Origin: a virus
Lineage: Duplodnaviria > Caudoviricetes
Reading direction: 5' to 3' (one strand)
Virus record (IMG/VR): IMGVR_UViG_2690315746_000001
Location: 21,703 to 85,702 of that record
Length of the DNA stretch: 64,000 nt
In this document: one piece after another, positions 9,801 through 17,165 of the stretch
Layout of the letters: each line of letters starts with the position of its first letter
Numbering within the stretch: position 1 is the first letter of the stretch
Position numbers and translations under genes: made by a program
Notes under the pieces: model-generated
Seen by the model: the letters and a program-made list of their open reading frames with translations, nothing else
What the model was told of the DNA's origin: nothing
The model's database searches: none

Positions 9801-10447
9801 GCGCGCTCGACGGCGAGCTGCGCCGACACCCGGTCGTTGGTGACCCGGGCCTCGAGGTAGCCGGGCACGGACAGCTGCGCGGCGCGGCTCGCCTGGCGCT
9901 GCTGCGCGACCAGGAACGAGTTCTCGATCGCCGTCGTGGTCGACGTGAGCAGCCGCTCCATCGCCTTGCCGGTGGCGGCGGCCAGGCGGGCGGAGAGCTG
10001 ATCGGCGGTGGTGTTGATGCCGGTGATGGCCGAGCGCAGCGCGCCCTCGGCGGACTGGGCCTGGCCGGCGGTGCGGCCATCGGTGAGCGTCGCCGTCTCA
10101 GAGGTGCGTCGCACCGCGCCGCGCGCGAGGTTCGCGTCGCGCTGGAGCTGGATCTCCTCGCGGATGGCGGCGTTGTGCTTTTCCTGCTGCTCGGTGCGGG
10201 CCTTGATCGCGTCGAAGGCGGCCTTCTCGGCGGCGGAGCCGGCCGGCGCCAGCGCGGCGGCGGCCTGGAGCCCGGCGACGTCATCCTTGAAGCGGCGCGC
10301 GGCATCGGCCGAGCGGTCCATCGCCTGGCGGAGGCCCTCGGCTCGCTGGAGGCCGACCTGCAGCAGGTCGAACGTGCGCCGGAGGTGGGCCTCGAGATCG
10401 TTCGAGCCCACGTCCAGGTCGACGTTCAGATGGTCATCATCCGCCAT
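3881..10447 (-). CDS. Tape measure protein with lytic transglycosylase (SLT) domain
   Basis: 2188 aa, Ala-rich helical, TMP core domain, hydrophobic segment, QLESSMNPGAKN..AKGLFQF..HNQG SLT motifs. Confidence 0.95.
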   Translation of the reverse strand: MADDDHLNVDLDVGSNDLEAHLRRTFDLLQVGLQRAEGLRQAMDRSADAARRFKDDVAGLQAAAALAPAGSAAEKAAFDAIKARTEQQEKHNAAIREEIQLQRDANLARGAVRRTSETATLTDGRTAGQAQSAEGALRSAITGINTTADQLSARLAAATGKAMERLLTSTTTAIENSFLVAQQRQASRAAQLSVPGYLEARVTNDRVSAQLAVERAQQGGTLEERRARAARVAQLEVDRKEAERQERDYQKLRQSYMADEARQAAREADPNTALREANRNRSFRRQHGVDYDTYTSSTAGMSRPERTAWLDQQRATVDAGVRDLNEAYRLNREFDQANNRAWSDTVASAKAENTRRDRQMADAVRDNRGVDRDSRAAAEAENKRRDKIAGQADAENRRIDANSRAAAEAENRRRDRQRSEAEAENARLTRETRAAAEAENRRRDKLRTEADAENQRIERDARAAARAENARRDRQTNEAYRDNRGVDADARAAAKAENARRDKIEAQAWEENKRRDRDAYAAAQAENARRDKVAKGEQREARRAAGPDYDAAAERGFKARNAAFNLNGGADQFAFQAQLATNYALFGAVTGMITGAVGAIKEFDDVLSRFQAITGAATSEMGGFRAELLGIAKDSRFSVNELAQVAITLGQTGLSASDVAKALKPVADLAAASGSTLQQSVEAITGVLGAYGMAAGRAAEVSDILVGALNATKLTMEQLQLGIQYAANIARDSGVSFSELTATIGAISQAGVKSGSTIGTGIRQLITELTSPSQKFRDVLKELGISLADVDLRANGLSGVLKNLTSAGFTTADALRSLDLRAAAAFSAIGGQGDLIEKLRTQMLLSSAASEGAAKANESLTATLQRLGNTTFAVVDTAFKPLVDALKLGTEGLIGLVGNFEKLGPILPAVGAGLTAIVGTLALLKVGGLALGLLTSGFIGLPVLGVGAAAGIAYMVAQLVNMETALERVTKRLDQIKGVENELSSKRDSVTLTLTDIDRQIDGLIAKRDKLNEDPLQLQNAVIEAQKGFGDVGFSMDGVSKSADGLIAAYQRLRAEMQGKLPDLGMQQILATQEKLIQLAEKQKALAEQNRTQTAPVTAVDGFGRVIAGGDKFEPTAPFRALGGPFDRAMDVVENPSLISRTDPLGSTRGLRAQMLEAQGVWSQQLLDEKLKATADQDPGRVKELEAKVKLATEALQRFAQTADVAIERQAAGMELERRQDEVRRQKLEASPEVVALDRRADALKVQRASDQEAVLRAPGLSPDVRVKQLLATLRVTGDEAKGQLAELDGVRDAMLARGETKENIAAALAAVRGKLDAIAKNASKELRELIESLNPEAVRVSQAERRGNDAEIATLTKQAQTATSQADLERVTNRIKELTEANAVISREILTFGKTPEQIANDSGLQTQLDELDRETKAKLEKLQEDYIQRRRRIEDAVLRISANADKAREQELRAEASRLEKIAKDAQTTPEKARELVEQINKLLDEATTIAKGRVATDAQREVAASPNEILADSRTAPAGSVAERVITTARAAGAGSMVNYLLGLGQLESSMNPGAKNASGAKGLFQFMNNDYPGGVNTWGKYGKGDIFSVENQVPAAIDFTRDNAKIFRDRLGRDPTDAELFVLHNQGAAGGTRLLRNPNSPARDFVSAAAIENNGAKGRSGSITAGEFTEILKGMYATASRASEKLTTTTAKVLKDKEEADKGKLDKENAEDKRRVGAIEQQKADQALLASLRLQDKTETAGIAAAMARISKANEVATVKEASSGAIAAYGRLNASALKADELDANSKSRTPEQKEEGRTAITERFRALAEKEAIAAADAAGKVSTRVLDQEIARREAQLKSLKLDENENKVPQAEIDKLDQELVKLKERRALEGESASIREQIAVLEKALADAATAGLGPAEKQVLIQEKLLELKRKQALSDVSVNTKRDLDAKGPSMSNAVSGAIVDFEKARGIRDPMGKLVDETQEARKLLAGELNVIGNAFDNLFVNLFNGSMKAGDALKKFATDILGGLMQQISRSLTNSIFKSIFGGLEGGAGAGGGLFDGIGKFFSSIFGGGMASGGPIRMAGGGGVPGSDAALAQRDSKLILAQPGEYLLRRSAVDAVGRDTLDQVNALGNTMVNRAPKVDAKRMAGGASASANVYVVDRDQVPVPGASDFVFAIGENIQRGGTIKQLIKRVAAGG
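8850..9410 (-). repeat. About 6.5 tandem 87-nt (29-aa) repeats in tape measure gene
   Basis: Units such as RAAAEAENKRRDKIAGQADAENRRIDANS / RAAAEAENRRRDRQRSEAEAENARLTRET. Confidence 0.85.
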
Positions 10448-10793
10448 TGATCATCCGTCCAAACGCCAGCATGCCGGAGAGGTCGTCCAGCTCCTCGGTC
10501 TCAGGCTCCGCCTCGCCGAACAGCTGCCCGACGACGAAGAGCAGGCTCTCCGTGGTCGACATGGCCTTCACCATCTCGTAGCGGATGAACAAACCCGTCA
10601 TCCGCCGTAGGTCTTCGAGCGTCCGCTTCCAGTAGAGCTTCGGGAGATCACTGGGGGCGCAGTCGAAGGCCAGGATCAGGCTGTCTTCCCAGGTGAGTTC
10701 ACCGAAGAAGTCAGAGATGATCCGACTGCCGCTAGATTTTCCGCCTGCGTCGCGAACAGCTGCGCGCTCTTCTTGAACCGGCGGATGAAAAAA
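10437..10793 (-). CDS. Tail assembly chaperone GT extension (-1 frameshift product)
   Basis: Open -1 frame from T TTT TTC (10793-10787) to TGA 10439-10437: ...SDFFGELTWEDSLILAFDCAPSDLPKLYWKRTLEDLRRM...MINGG. Confidence 0.8.
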   Translation of the reverse strand, partial: FFHPPVQEERAAVRDAGGKSSGSRIISDFFGELTWEDSLILAFDCAPSDLPKLYWKRTLEDLRRMTGLFIRYEMVKAMSTTESLLFVVGQLFGEAEPETEELDDLSGMLAFGRMINGG

Positions 10794-11107
10794 TCCAGCA
10801 CATGGGCTCCGGCCCAGTCGATGATGGTCTCGCCTACGTCCGGGTCGAGGTCGTGCGGGACGATCGGCTCCTCGTCGTCGCGCAGGATGTTGCCGCGCTT
10901 GTCGCGCTTGGCGAGGACCAGCTCGAGCAGGGCGTGGGCGGTCGGCGGATTGAAGCTCAAGGTCGGCACGCCCTCGGGCGACCCGACGAGGCTCGCGACC
11001 TCGTTCAGGAGCCCGAAGCTCATGAACAGATCACGGTCTTCACCGCTGATGTTGACCCGGAGCCGGCTGGGGGCCTTCTGCTCGGTGGAAGTTGAAGAGG
11101 TCGGCAT
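10676..11107 (-). CDS. Tail assembly chaperone G
   Basis: ATG 11107 MPTSSTSTEQKAPSRLRVNISG; between major tail and TMP; contains slippery heptamer. Confidence 0.8.
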   Translation of the reverse strand: MPTSSTSTEQKAPSRLRVNISGEDRDLFMSFGLLNEVASLVGSPEGVPTLSFNPPTAHALLELVLAKRDKRGNILRDDEEPIVPHDLDPDVGETIIDWAGAHVLDFFIRRFKKSAQLFATQAENLAAVGSSLTSSVNSPGKTA

Positions 11108-11153
11108 CTTCGCCCCTGATTTCGGCTGGGCCTGATGTGGTATCTTCACGGCC

Positions 11154-11184
11154 AAAAGAAAAGGCCCCGGTTCTCCCGGGGCCT
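11154..11184 (-). terminator. Intrinsic terminator after major tail gene
   Basis: Minus strand AGGCCCCGG-gagaa-CCGGGGCCT-TTTCTTTT. Confidence 0.8.
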
Positions 11185-11208
11185 GATCTGCACGCAGTTG
11201 CCGTGAAC

Positions 11209-11991
11209 TTACCGGGAGAAGATCGACATCTTCTCGCGGAAGTCGCTGTCGTAGCCCGGGTCGGTGGGGACCGGGGTCATCGGCGTCCACTCGAACGGCA
11301 TGTTGGCGAAGTTCTCGGAGCTGAAGCCCATCGAGAAGCCGCGGGTGATCCGTGCCTTGGGGAAGTGCAAGGTGATCGGCGTCGACTTGTCGAGCGCGAT
11401 GCCGATGATGCGGACGGCGTAGTTGTTGTTCGCCTTCGAGGCGTCGGCATCGATCTTGTTGAGCAGGCCGACACGGGCGCCACCCGAGAACGACATGCCG
11501 GTCGGGACCGGGTAGCCGGCGAAGTCGAGCTTGCCGGCGTCGGCGCCCGAGAGCTTCGCGATGTGGATCTGGTCGTCCAGGTTCTCCTGGATGTAGATCC
11601 ACTTCCCGGGCGCGGCGCCGACGAGGCCGGCGACGGTGACCGAGGTGGCGCCGGAGGCGACCGGGCCGGAGACCGCCGAGGGCTCGCCCATGTCGACGAG
11701 ACCGGCCGGGTCCTGGGACAGGCCGTAGGCGAAGTTCTTCGCCGTGTACTCGTAGACCTCGCCGGAGCCGGTGATCGGCATGCCGTTGGTCACGGACGCG
11801 ACCACGTCGTTCTGGATGCCCTGGGTCAGGTCGACCTTCGAGGGCGTGACCTCGACGCGGACGTTCTTCACCAGGCCGACCGAGTGGGTCAGCGGGTTGA
11901 TGGCCTTCTGCTCCAGCATCGGCGCGATGCAGAGGGTCGCGGTCGAGAAGTGGAAGCGACCCGTCTTGGCGGTGCCCGGGTTCATGTGCAA
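11209..11991 (-). CDS. Major tail tube protein
   Basis: 260 aa beta-rich, position upstream of chaperones, followed by terminator; ITLHFPKARIT..FSSENFANMPFE. Confidence 0.8.
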   Translation of the reverse strand: MHMNPGTAKTGRFHFSTATLCIAPMLEQKAINPLTHSVGLVKNVRVEVTPSKVDLTQGIQNDVVASVTNGMPITGSGEVYEYTAKNFAYGLSQDPAGLVDMGEPSAVSGPVASGATSVTVAGLVGAAPGKWIYIQENLDDQIHIAKLSGADAGKLDFAGYPVPTGMSFSGGARVGLLNKIDADASKANNNYAVRIIGIALDKSTPITLHFPKARITRGFSMGFSSENFANMPFEWTPMTPVPTDPGYDSDFREKMSIFSR

Positions 11992-12095
11992 AGTCTCCGT
12001 TTACGGGTCACTGAACTATCCGTTGCAATATGATGATTGCCCCCCATTTGTCCAAAGACGGTTCCCTGAAAATCAGGGACAATGGGGAAGTCAAG

Positions 12096-12332
12096 ATGCC
12101 GTACCGTGCTAAGCGTGAACGGAACCCGGCCGTGACAGTTGCTGTCAGCCATGAACTCGACGAGATCCTGCGGGCTAGAGCAGCTGCCAACCACCGCAGC
12201 GTTACAAAGGAAGTCGTGTTCCTGATCGAGACCGCACTTGGTTGCTCTTCGGAGCAGGTGCGGGAAGCAATCCACCTGCTCTACAAGGCCGGCATCGAGG
12301 TCACTGAGCCGGGTACTGCCCAGCCCGCGTGA
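12096..12332 (+). CDS. Arc-like ribbon-helix-helix DNA-binding protein
   Basis: VTVAVSHELDEILRARAAANHRSVTKEVVFLIETAL matches the Arc pattern; antisense to the tail operon. Confidence 0.75.
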   Translation: MPYRAKRERNPAVTVAVSHELDEILRARAAANHRSVTKEVVFLIETALGCSSEQVREAIHLLYKAGIEVTEPGTAQPA

Positions 12333-12738
12333 CCCGGGCGCTGCACTGGATCTCCAGGGTCGGCCGCATGTCGACCCGGCTCATCGGCGAGGCCGAGGTG
12401 CCGTCGAAGACCACCGCCTCGAAGCCGGTGTTGCTGCCGTCCGGGTTGAACATCGGGAAGCGGCTCTGCGCCGCCAGGCGCCGGTAGAAGGCGTCGGTGT
12501 AGTCGACCGCCCGGATCAGGTTCGGGTCGTCGATCACCATGATGCCGATGCCGAAAGTCAGGTCGTGGAACTGGTCGTTCTCGGTACAGCTGAAGCCGAT
12601 GAGCCCGATCAAGTCGGTGTTCGGCAACACGAAGCCCTCGGCGTGCGCGTCCCACTCGTAATACTGGGCCTCGGCGCTCAGCGCCTTGAACGTGTCGATG
12701 ACCATCCGCACGGTCGAGTGGCGGGCGACCTTGTACAT
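12301..12738 (-). CDS. Putative tail terminator / completion protein
   Basis: 145 aa immediately upstream of major tail gene; synteny only. Confidence 0.55.
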   Translation of the reverse strand: MYKVARHSTVRMVIDTFKALSAEAQYYEWDAHAEGFVLPNTDLIGLIGFSCTENDQFHDLTFGIGIMVIDDPNLIRAVDYTDAFYRRLAAQSRFPMFNPDGSNTGFEAVVFDGTSASPMSRVDMRPTLEIQCSARVTRAGQYPAQ

Positions 12739-13614
12739 CTACTTCCCCTTCTTGACCCGGCGCGAGAGCGCGGTGCGGAGCGACTTCTCGAGGACCAGGG
12801 GCAGCCGGTTGCTGATCCAGAACACGAGGGTGTTCTGCAGGAAGGGCCGATGGGCGCCGCGCGGGTTCTCGAGCTTGTAGGCGAGCGGGTGCAGCGGATC
12901 GCGGTCGGGTGCGCCGGCCTTCTTCAGGTAGCGCACGAAAAGGCTCTCCTCCCGCGCGGTCCCGCCCCCGTAAATTCCCGGGATTGCCGCGGCGGTGACG
13001 CCGGCCTTCTCCTTGCCGGAGGCCTGCGCCATCAGGCTCAAGGAGACGGTGACCTTGCGGGGCCCGCGACGCACGGTGACCTTCGGGTCGACGAGGAGCG
13101 CCATGGCCGGCCCGAGGAAGCTCGTGAGCACGGAGCGCAGCTCGCCGCTGTCGACGAAGAAGGTCGTGGCCTCGCCGGCCGTCCGCCGGCCGCCGCCGCG
13201 GCGCGCCGCGCGCAGCCGGCGGCGCTTGTTCTCGAGCGTGCCCTTGGTGAGCGCGGCCCACTCGACGGTGGTCTTGCCCTTCAGGCGCGCCGACATCCGG
13301 TTGGTCGACGAGACCGCGGCGGCCCGGCTGATGCCGTCGAGCGCGGTCGAGACCATGCCCTCGGTCGGCGACTTGATCCGGGTGAAGACCCGGGCCGCCT
13401 GCGAGCCGAAGCGCGCGGCGTCCTGGGCGACGTCCTGGACGATCTCGTTCTGGGCGGCGAGCACCGCCTCGGCGACGCGCTCGACGCCCTTCGCCTCCGC
13501 CTGCCGACGCAGCAGCTCGACCGCCTTGGCGGCGACGAAGCTCGGGTCCGGCGGCTCGCCCGCGCCGGCCCGCCGGGCGCCGAGGCGGAAGTTGAGGGCG
13601 AAGTCGGGCATCAC
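12739..13614 (-). CDS. Putative tail completion / neck protein
   Basis: Basic 291 aa ending HRPFLQ (RPFL motif of HK97-gp10-like proteins); synteny. Confidence 0.5.
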   Translation of the reverse strand: MMPDFALNFRLGARRAGAGEPPDPSFVAAKAVELLRRQAEAKGVERVAEAVLAAQNEIVQDVAQDAARFGSQAARVFTRIKSPTEGMVSTALDGISRAAAVSSTNRMSARLKGKTTVEWAALTKGTLENKRRRLRAARRGGGRRTAGEATTFFVDSGELRSVLTSFLGPAMALLVDPKVTVRRGPRKVTVSLSLMAQASGKEKAGVTAAAIPGIYGGGTAREESLFVRYLKKAGAPDRDPLHPLAYKLENPRGAHRPFLQNTLVFWISNRLPLVLEKSLRTALSRRVKKGK

Positions 13615-14168
13615 TCGATCTCGGCGATGGTCACGCCCAGGGTCGGGTTGATGCGCTTCACGGTCTGGCCGTGAACGACGTCGCCGAGCTGCAGCGGCGC
13701 GGCGGTGATGCAGCGTAGCCGGTCGGTCGGGACGCGCACGCCCGGATCGTTGTTGCCGTGGGTGTAGCTCTCGATCGAGACCCAGATCGGGCCGTGCTCG
13801 ACCAGCTCGCCGGCCGCCATCGGCAGCCCGGTGACCGGGTGCTTCCCGCCGGCCGCGCGCCGCTGCCAGGAGACCTGGCCGGTCATCTGGAACAGCACGA
13901 AGCAGCGCGAGACCACGTCGTCGAGCGCGAGCGGCAGCTCCCAGTTGCCGACCAGCATGACCCGGCCGGCCGGGTCCCGGAACAGGTCCTTGGCCCGCAC
14001 GGGCTCGCGCGGCCGGGTACGCAGTCCGAGGCGCGGCAGGACGAAGACCGAGGTCGGGAGCGCGGTCGGGTTGACCGGGAAGATGACGCCCCGGAAGCGG
14101 GTCGCCTTGTCGAGCTTCTGCAGCCAGACCTCGTTCTGGGCCTGGATGCGCGAGAGGAGCATCGGCAT
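13611..14168 (-). CDS. Putative head closure protein
   Basis: Coupled ORF in head-tail joining position. Confidence 0.5.
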   Translation of the reverse strand: MPMLLSRIQAQNEVWLQKLDKATRFRGVIFPVNPTALPTSVFVLPRLGLRTRPREPVRAKDLFRDPAGRVMLVGNWELPLALDDVVSRCFVLFQMTGQVSWQRRAAGGKHPVTGLPMAAGELVEHGPIWVSIESYTHGNNDPGVRVPTDRLRCITAAPLQLGDVVHGQTVKRINPTLGVTIAEIE

Positions 14169-14172
14169 GGGC

Positions 14173-14925
14173 TTAGCCTCCGACGCGGTCGGCCGGCGCG
14201 TTTCCGGTGATCGGATCGGTGGTGATGGTGCCGAGCAGGATCAGCGGCGGCGGGCCGACATCGGGCGCGACGTAGCCCAGCTCGCCAGTGATGCGGACCA
14301 GCTCGTCCATGGTCGCGGCGACCAGGCCCTCGAAAGCGGTGGTGTCCTTCAGTCGCTCGAACTTCAGGGTGCCGTCCGACTTCGCCTGGGCGATGCGGAA
14401 ACGCAGCGAGGGGAAGAGCAGCTGGGCAGCCGACAGCACGATCGCGCGCGTGGCGCGGATCTCGAGCAGGGTGCCGGAGGTGAGTGCGGCCTCGAAGCGC
14501 TCGCGGCCGAGCGCGCCCTGGAGCATCAGGGTCGCGGCGAACAGGTCGACCTCGTCGTCACGCAGCTCGTCCTCGTTGATCCCGAGGTAGGTGCGGACGT
14601 CGGCCGGGGTGACGGTGTGGATCGGCAGCTCGACGACCCGGTAGGCCAGGCGCTTCTGGTAGCTGCGGCCGGCGGCGAGCCAGCTCACGACGACCTGGCG
14701 GCGCTCGAAGCTGCGCTCGGGGTCGATGATCTGGTGGATCGCGTGGATCGGGATGGAGACCCCGGTGGCTTCCGCCTCCGGGGTCAGTTCCTGCGCGACG
14801 AGCAGTGGGGCACCCGTGCCGTCAAACAGGCTGTAGGTCACAGAGCCGACGTCTGGGATCACCAGCCCCTGTGGCGCCTCGAAGTCGGCCCAGAGCGTCA
14901 CGGGGGATGATGATAGGACGTCCAC
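14173..14925 (-). CDS. Putative head-tail adaptor
   Basis: VTPADVRTYLGI..DELRDDEVD motif like gp6/gp15 adaptors, plus N-terminal beta domain. Confidence 0.6.
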   Translation of the reverse strand: MDVLSSSPVTLWADFEAPQGLVIPDVGSVTYSLFDGTGAPLLVAQELTPEAEATGVSIPIHAIHQIIDPERSFERRQVVVSWLAAGRSYQKRLAYRVVELPIHTVTPADVRTYLGINEDELRDDEVDLFAATLMLQGALGRERFEAALTSGTLLEIRATRAIVLSAAQLLFPSLRFRIAQAKSDGTLKFERLKDTTAFEGLVAATMDELVRITGELGYVAPDVGPPPLILLGTITTDPITGNAPADRVGG

Positions 14926-14934
14926 GGTTCGGGC

Positions 14935-15309
14935 CTACTTCGCGTCGGAGGTCGGGGCCGGGGCCGAAGCCCGGCGGCCCCGCGGTGCGTTGTGCTCGAC
15001 CTGCTTGGTCGAAGGCGGGATCGGCGCGGGCTCGGGTCGGCGAGCGCTCGCCTCGTCGACGGGGTATCGATCGAGGAAGCTCGCGAGAGCGAGATCCTGA
15101 TCACCATCGCTCGCTCGGAGCGTCTCGCGCCATTCAGCATCGGTGGCCTCGTCGTTGACCTGGGCATGAACCACGACAGTTCCGAGCGCGATGTACTCGG
15201 ACCAGTAGAGGCTCTTGTGGACGACGGTGAGGCCCTTCGCGCGCACAAGCTCGTGCTGCGAGGAATTCATCAGCTGGAAGGCGCCAGTGGTACTGACGAG
15301 GATCTTCAT
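14935..15309 (-). CDS. Hypothetical virion-associated protein
   Basis: 124 aa, SD GGAG upstream, directly after major capsid gene. Confidence 0.6.
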   Translation of the reverse strand: MKILVSTTGAFQLMNSSQHELVRAKGLTVVHKSLYWSEYIALGTVVVHAQVNDEATDAEWRETLRASDGDQDLALASFLDRYPVDEASARRPEPAPIPPSTKQVEHNAPRGRRASAPAPTSDAK

Positions 15310-15373
15310 GTTCGGCGGGTCTCCGGCAGCGGGGCGCCCGCTGTACTCAGCGTACAGCGGGCATGAGACACGA

Positions 15374-16591
15374 CTACTCGGTGTAGTCGTAGATCTCGCG
15401 GGTGTCGCCGAAGACCAGACGGAAGCCGGTGACCTCCGACTTGACGTAGGTGATCGCCTGCGTCTGGACCGCGCGCTCGCTCTCGTTGATGAGCGAGCCC
15501 GCCTCGGTCAGCTGCTCCAGGGTCTCCCCCTTGCGCATGCCGATCAGCTGGCCCTCGGGCGCCGTGGTCGACAGCACGAAGTTGATCTGCCCGTTCAGGA
15601 TCGGCACGCCGCCGATCTTGAAGCCGGTGGCGGCGAGCGCCTCGGCGGCGGTGCGGTCCTGGCCCGAGTTGCCCTGGAGGGGCACCGCGAACATGAACAG
15701 CCACTGGATGTAGCTGTCCCAGTTGCCGACCACCGTGTCGATCGGCACGCCGGCCTTGGCCCGCGCGACGAACCACTGCATCAGGTTGCCGTAGCTGATG
15801 CGGCCCGGGGTGGCGTTCGGCAGGCCGGCGATCCGCCCGTCGAAGGTCGACTGGCCGACCACGCGGGCGCCCGGGTTCACGGTGTCACCGTTGACCAGCA
15901 GCTCGGTGGCGAGGCCGACCTTGGACAGCTCCAGCTCGCGCATCATGCGCGCCGCGTAGGGGGTGAGCAGGTCGAGGCGGGAGCGGCGCTGGAACTCGTA
16001 GGAGGTCCGGTAACCGCCGCCGATCTTGTACATCTTGACCCGCTTCTCGCTGGTCGAGATGGACCCGATGCGGAACCGGCCGAACTCGGTGACCGGCTGC
16101 ATCACCTTGAAGTCGTCGGCGTCCTCGTCGTTGATGACCGTCGAGATCATCTCCACGCCGTTGATCGTCCGCGAGGACGCCACGAGCGAGGGCAGGGTCT
16201 CGAAGTCGACCTGGCGCGAGGTCGAGCGGATCAGGTCGTCGACCACCTCCGGGAACAGCGCGCGGGTGCCCGGGCTGTACTGGAAGGTGTCCGAGGCGAG
16301 GTCGAGCACGACGCCGCTGTCGAAGTCGTCGCCGATCGGCAGGTTGAGGAACTTCAGCGAGGCCTCGTAGCCGTTCAGGCCGTCGTAGGTCTCGCGGTTC
16401 TCCGACAGGGTCGGGTCGACCGCCAGGCGGAGGAAGTCGCGCATCTCGAGCCCGTAGGAGCGGGCGCGGTGGATGAGCTGGCGGCCGGCCTTGGCCGAGC
16501 CCTCGGCGTCGTCGCGGATGGCGAGCGACGCGAGCAGGCCCTCGGGGGCGACCCGGGCGGTGGCCAGTTCGTGCAGGGGGCGGAGGTCCAT
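15374..16591 (-). CDS. Major capsid protein (HK97 fold, inferred)
   Basis: 405 aa, strong codon bias, follows scaffold and decoration genes; PVTEFGRF...KIGGGYRTSYE...LLVNGD. Confidence 0.85.
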   Translation of the reverse strand: MDLRPLHELATARVAPEGLLASLAIRDDAEGSAKAGRQLIHRARSYGLEMRDFLRLAVDPTLSENRETYDGLNGYEASLKFLNLPIGDDFDSGVVLDLASDTFQYSPGTRALFPEVVDDLIRSTSRQVDFETLPSLVASSRTINGVEMISTVINDEDADDFKVMQPVTEFGRFRIGSISTSEKRVKMYKIGGGYRTSYEFQRRSRLDLLTPYAARMMRELELSKVGLATELLVNGDTVNPGARVVGQSTFDGRIAGLPNATPGRISYGNLMQWFVARAKAGVPIDTVVGNWDSYIQWLFMFAVPLQGNSGQDRTAAEALAATGFKIGGVPILNGQINFVLSTTAPEGQLIGMRKGETLEQLTEAGSLINESERAVQTQAITYVKSEVTGFRLVFGDTREIYDYTE

Positions 16592-16708
16592 GGGTCCCGT
16601 ACTCCTCGGGGATGTGCTGGCGGTACGGAACGTACCTTCAGGATTAGACGCAGTTCAGGCTTCGGTTCGGGGCAAAATGTACTATTCGTACACTTTGCCC
16701 CGGGCGAA

Positions 16709-17125
16709 TTAGAGCTTCACGAGCGCGGCGTACTTGACGCCCTTGCGCGTGACGATCTCGGCGACGAAGGCCTCGGCCTCGTCGGTGGCGAGGCCCTTCT
16801 TGACGAAGCCGTTGCCGGCGCCGACCGGGACATCGCCGACCGCGAGCGGATCGTCCTTGAGGATCGGGACCAGGTCCGAGAACCGGAACTGGGCCGTGAT
16901 CATCTGGCGGTCCTCGTAGACCTCCAGGCGGGCGACCTTCGCGGTGATCTTCGCGCCGTCCGAGAGGAGCTTCATCGTGACCGGGCTGGTCGGATCGGGC
17001 TCGACCAGCCGGCTCTCCACGTCGGCCTTGGTGAGGCCGTTCGGGAGGCGGAAGTTCATCGAGCGGTTGAACAGCTCGTTCTTGATGCCGTGGACGTGAA
17101 GCTGGGTGTGGAAGGGCGTGGACAT
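16709..17125 (-). CDS. Capsid decoration / cement protein
   Basis: 138 aa between scaffold and capsid; LAVGDVPVGAGNGFVKK. Confidence 0.65.
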   Translation of the reverse strand: MSTPFHTQLHVHGIKNELFNRSMNFRLPNGLTKADVESRLVEPDPTSPVTMKLLSDGAKITAKVARLEVYEDRQMITAQFRFSDLVPILKDDPLAVGDVPVGAGNGFVKKGLATDEAEAFVAEIVTRKGVKYAALVKL

Positions 17126-17165
17126 CGCCGGTGGCTCCTGTGTTCTGGCTTACGGGTGCCAGCGA

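Noticed and set aside
10676-11602. 308-aa ORF as given in the track
   Set aside because: Its 5' part overlaps the major tail gene out of frame and crosses a terminator; the real start is ATG 11107
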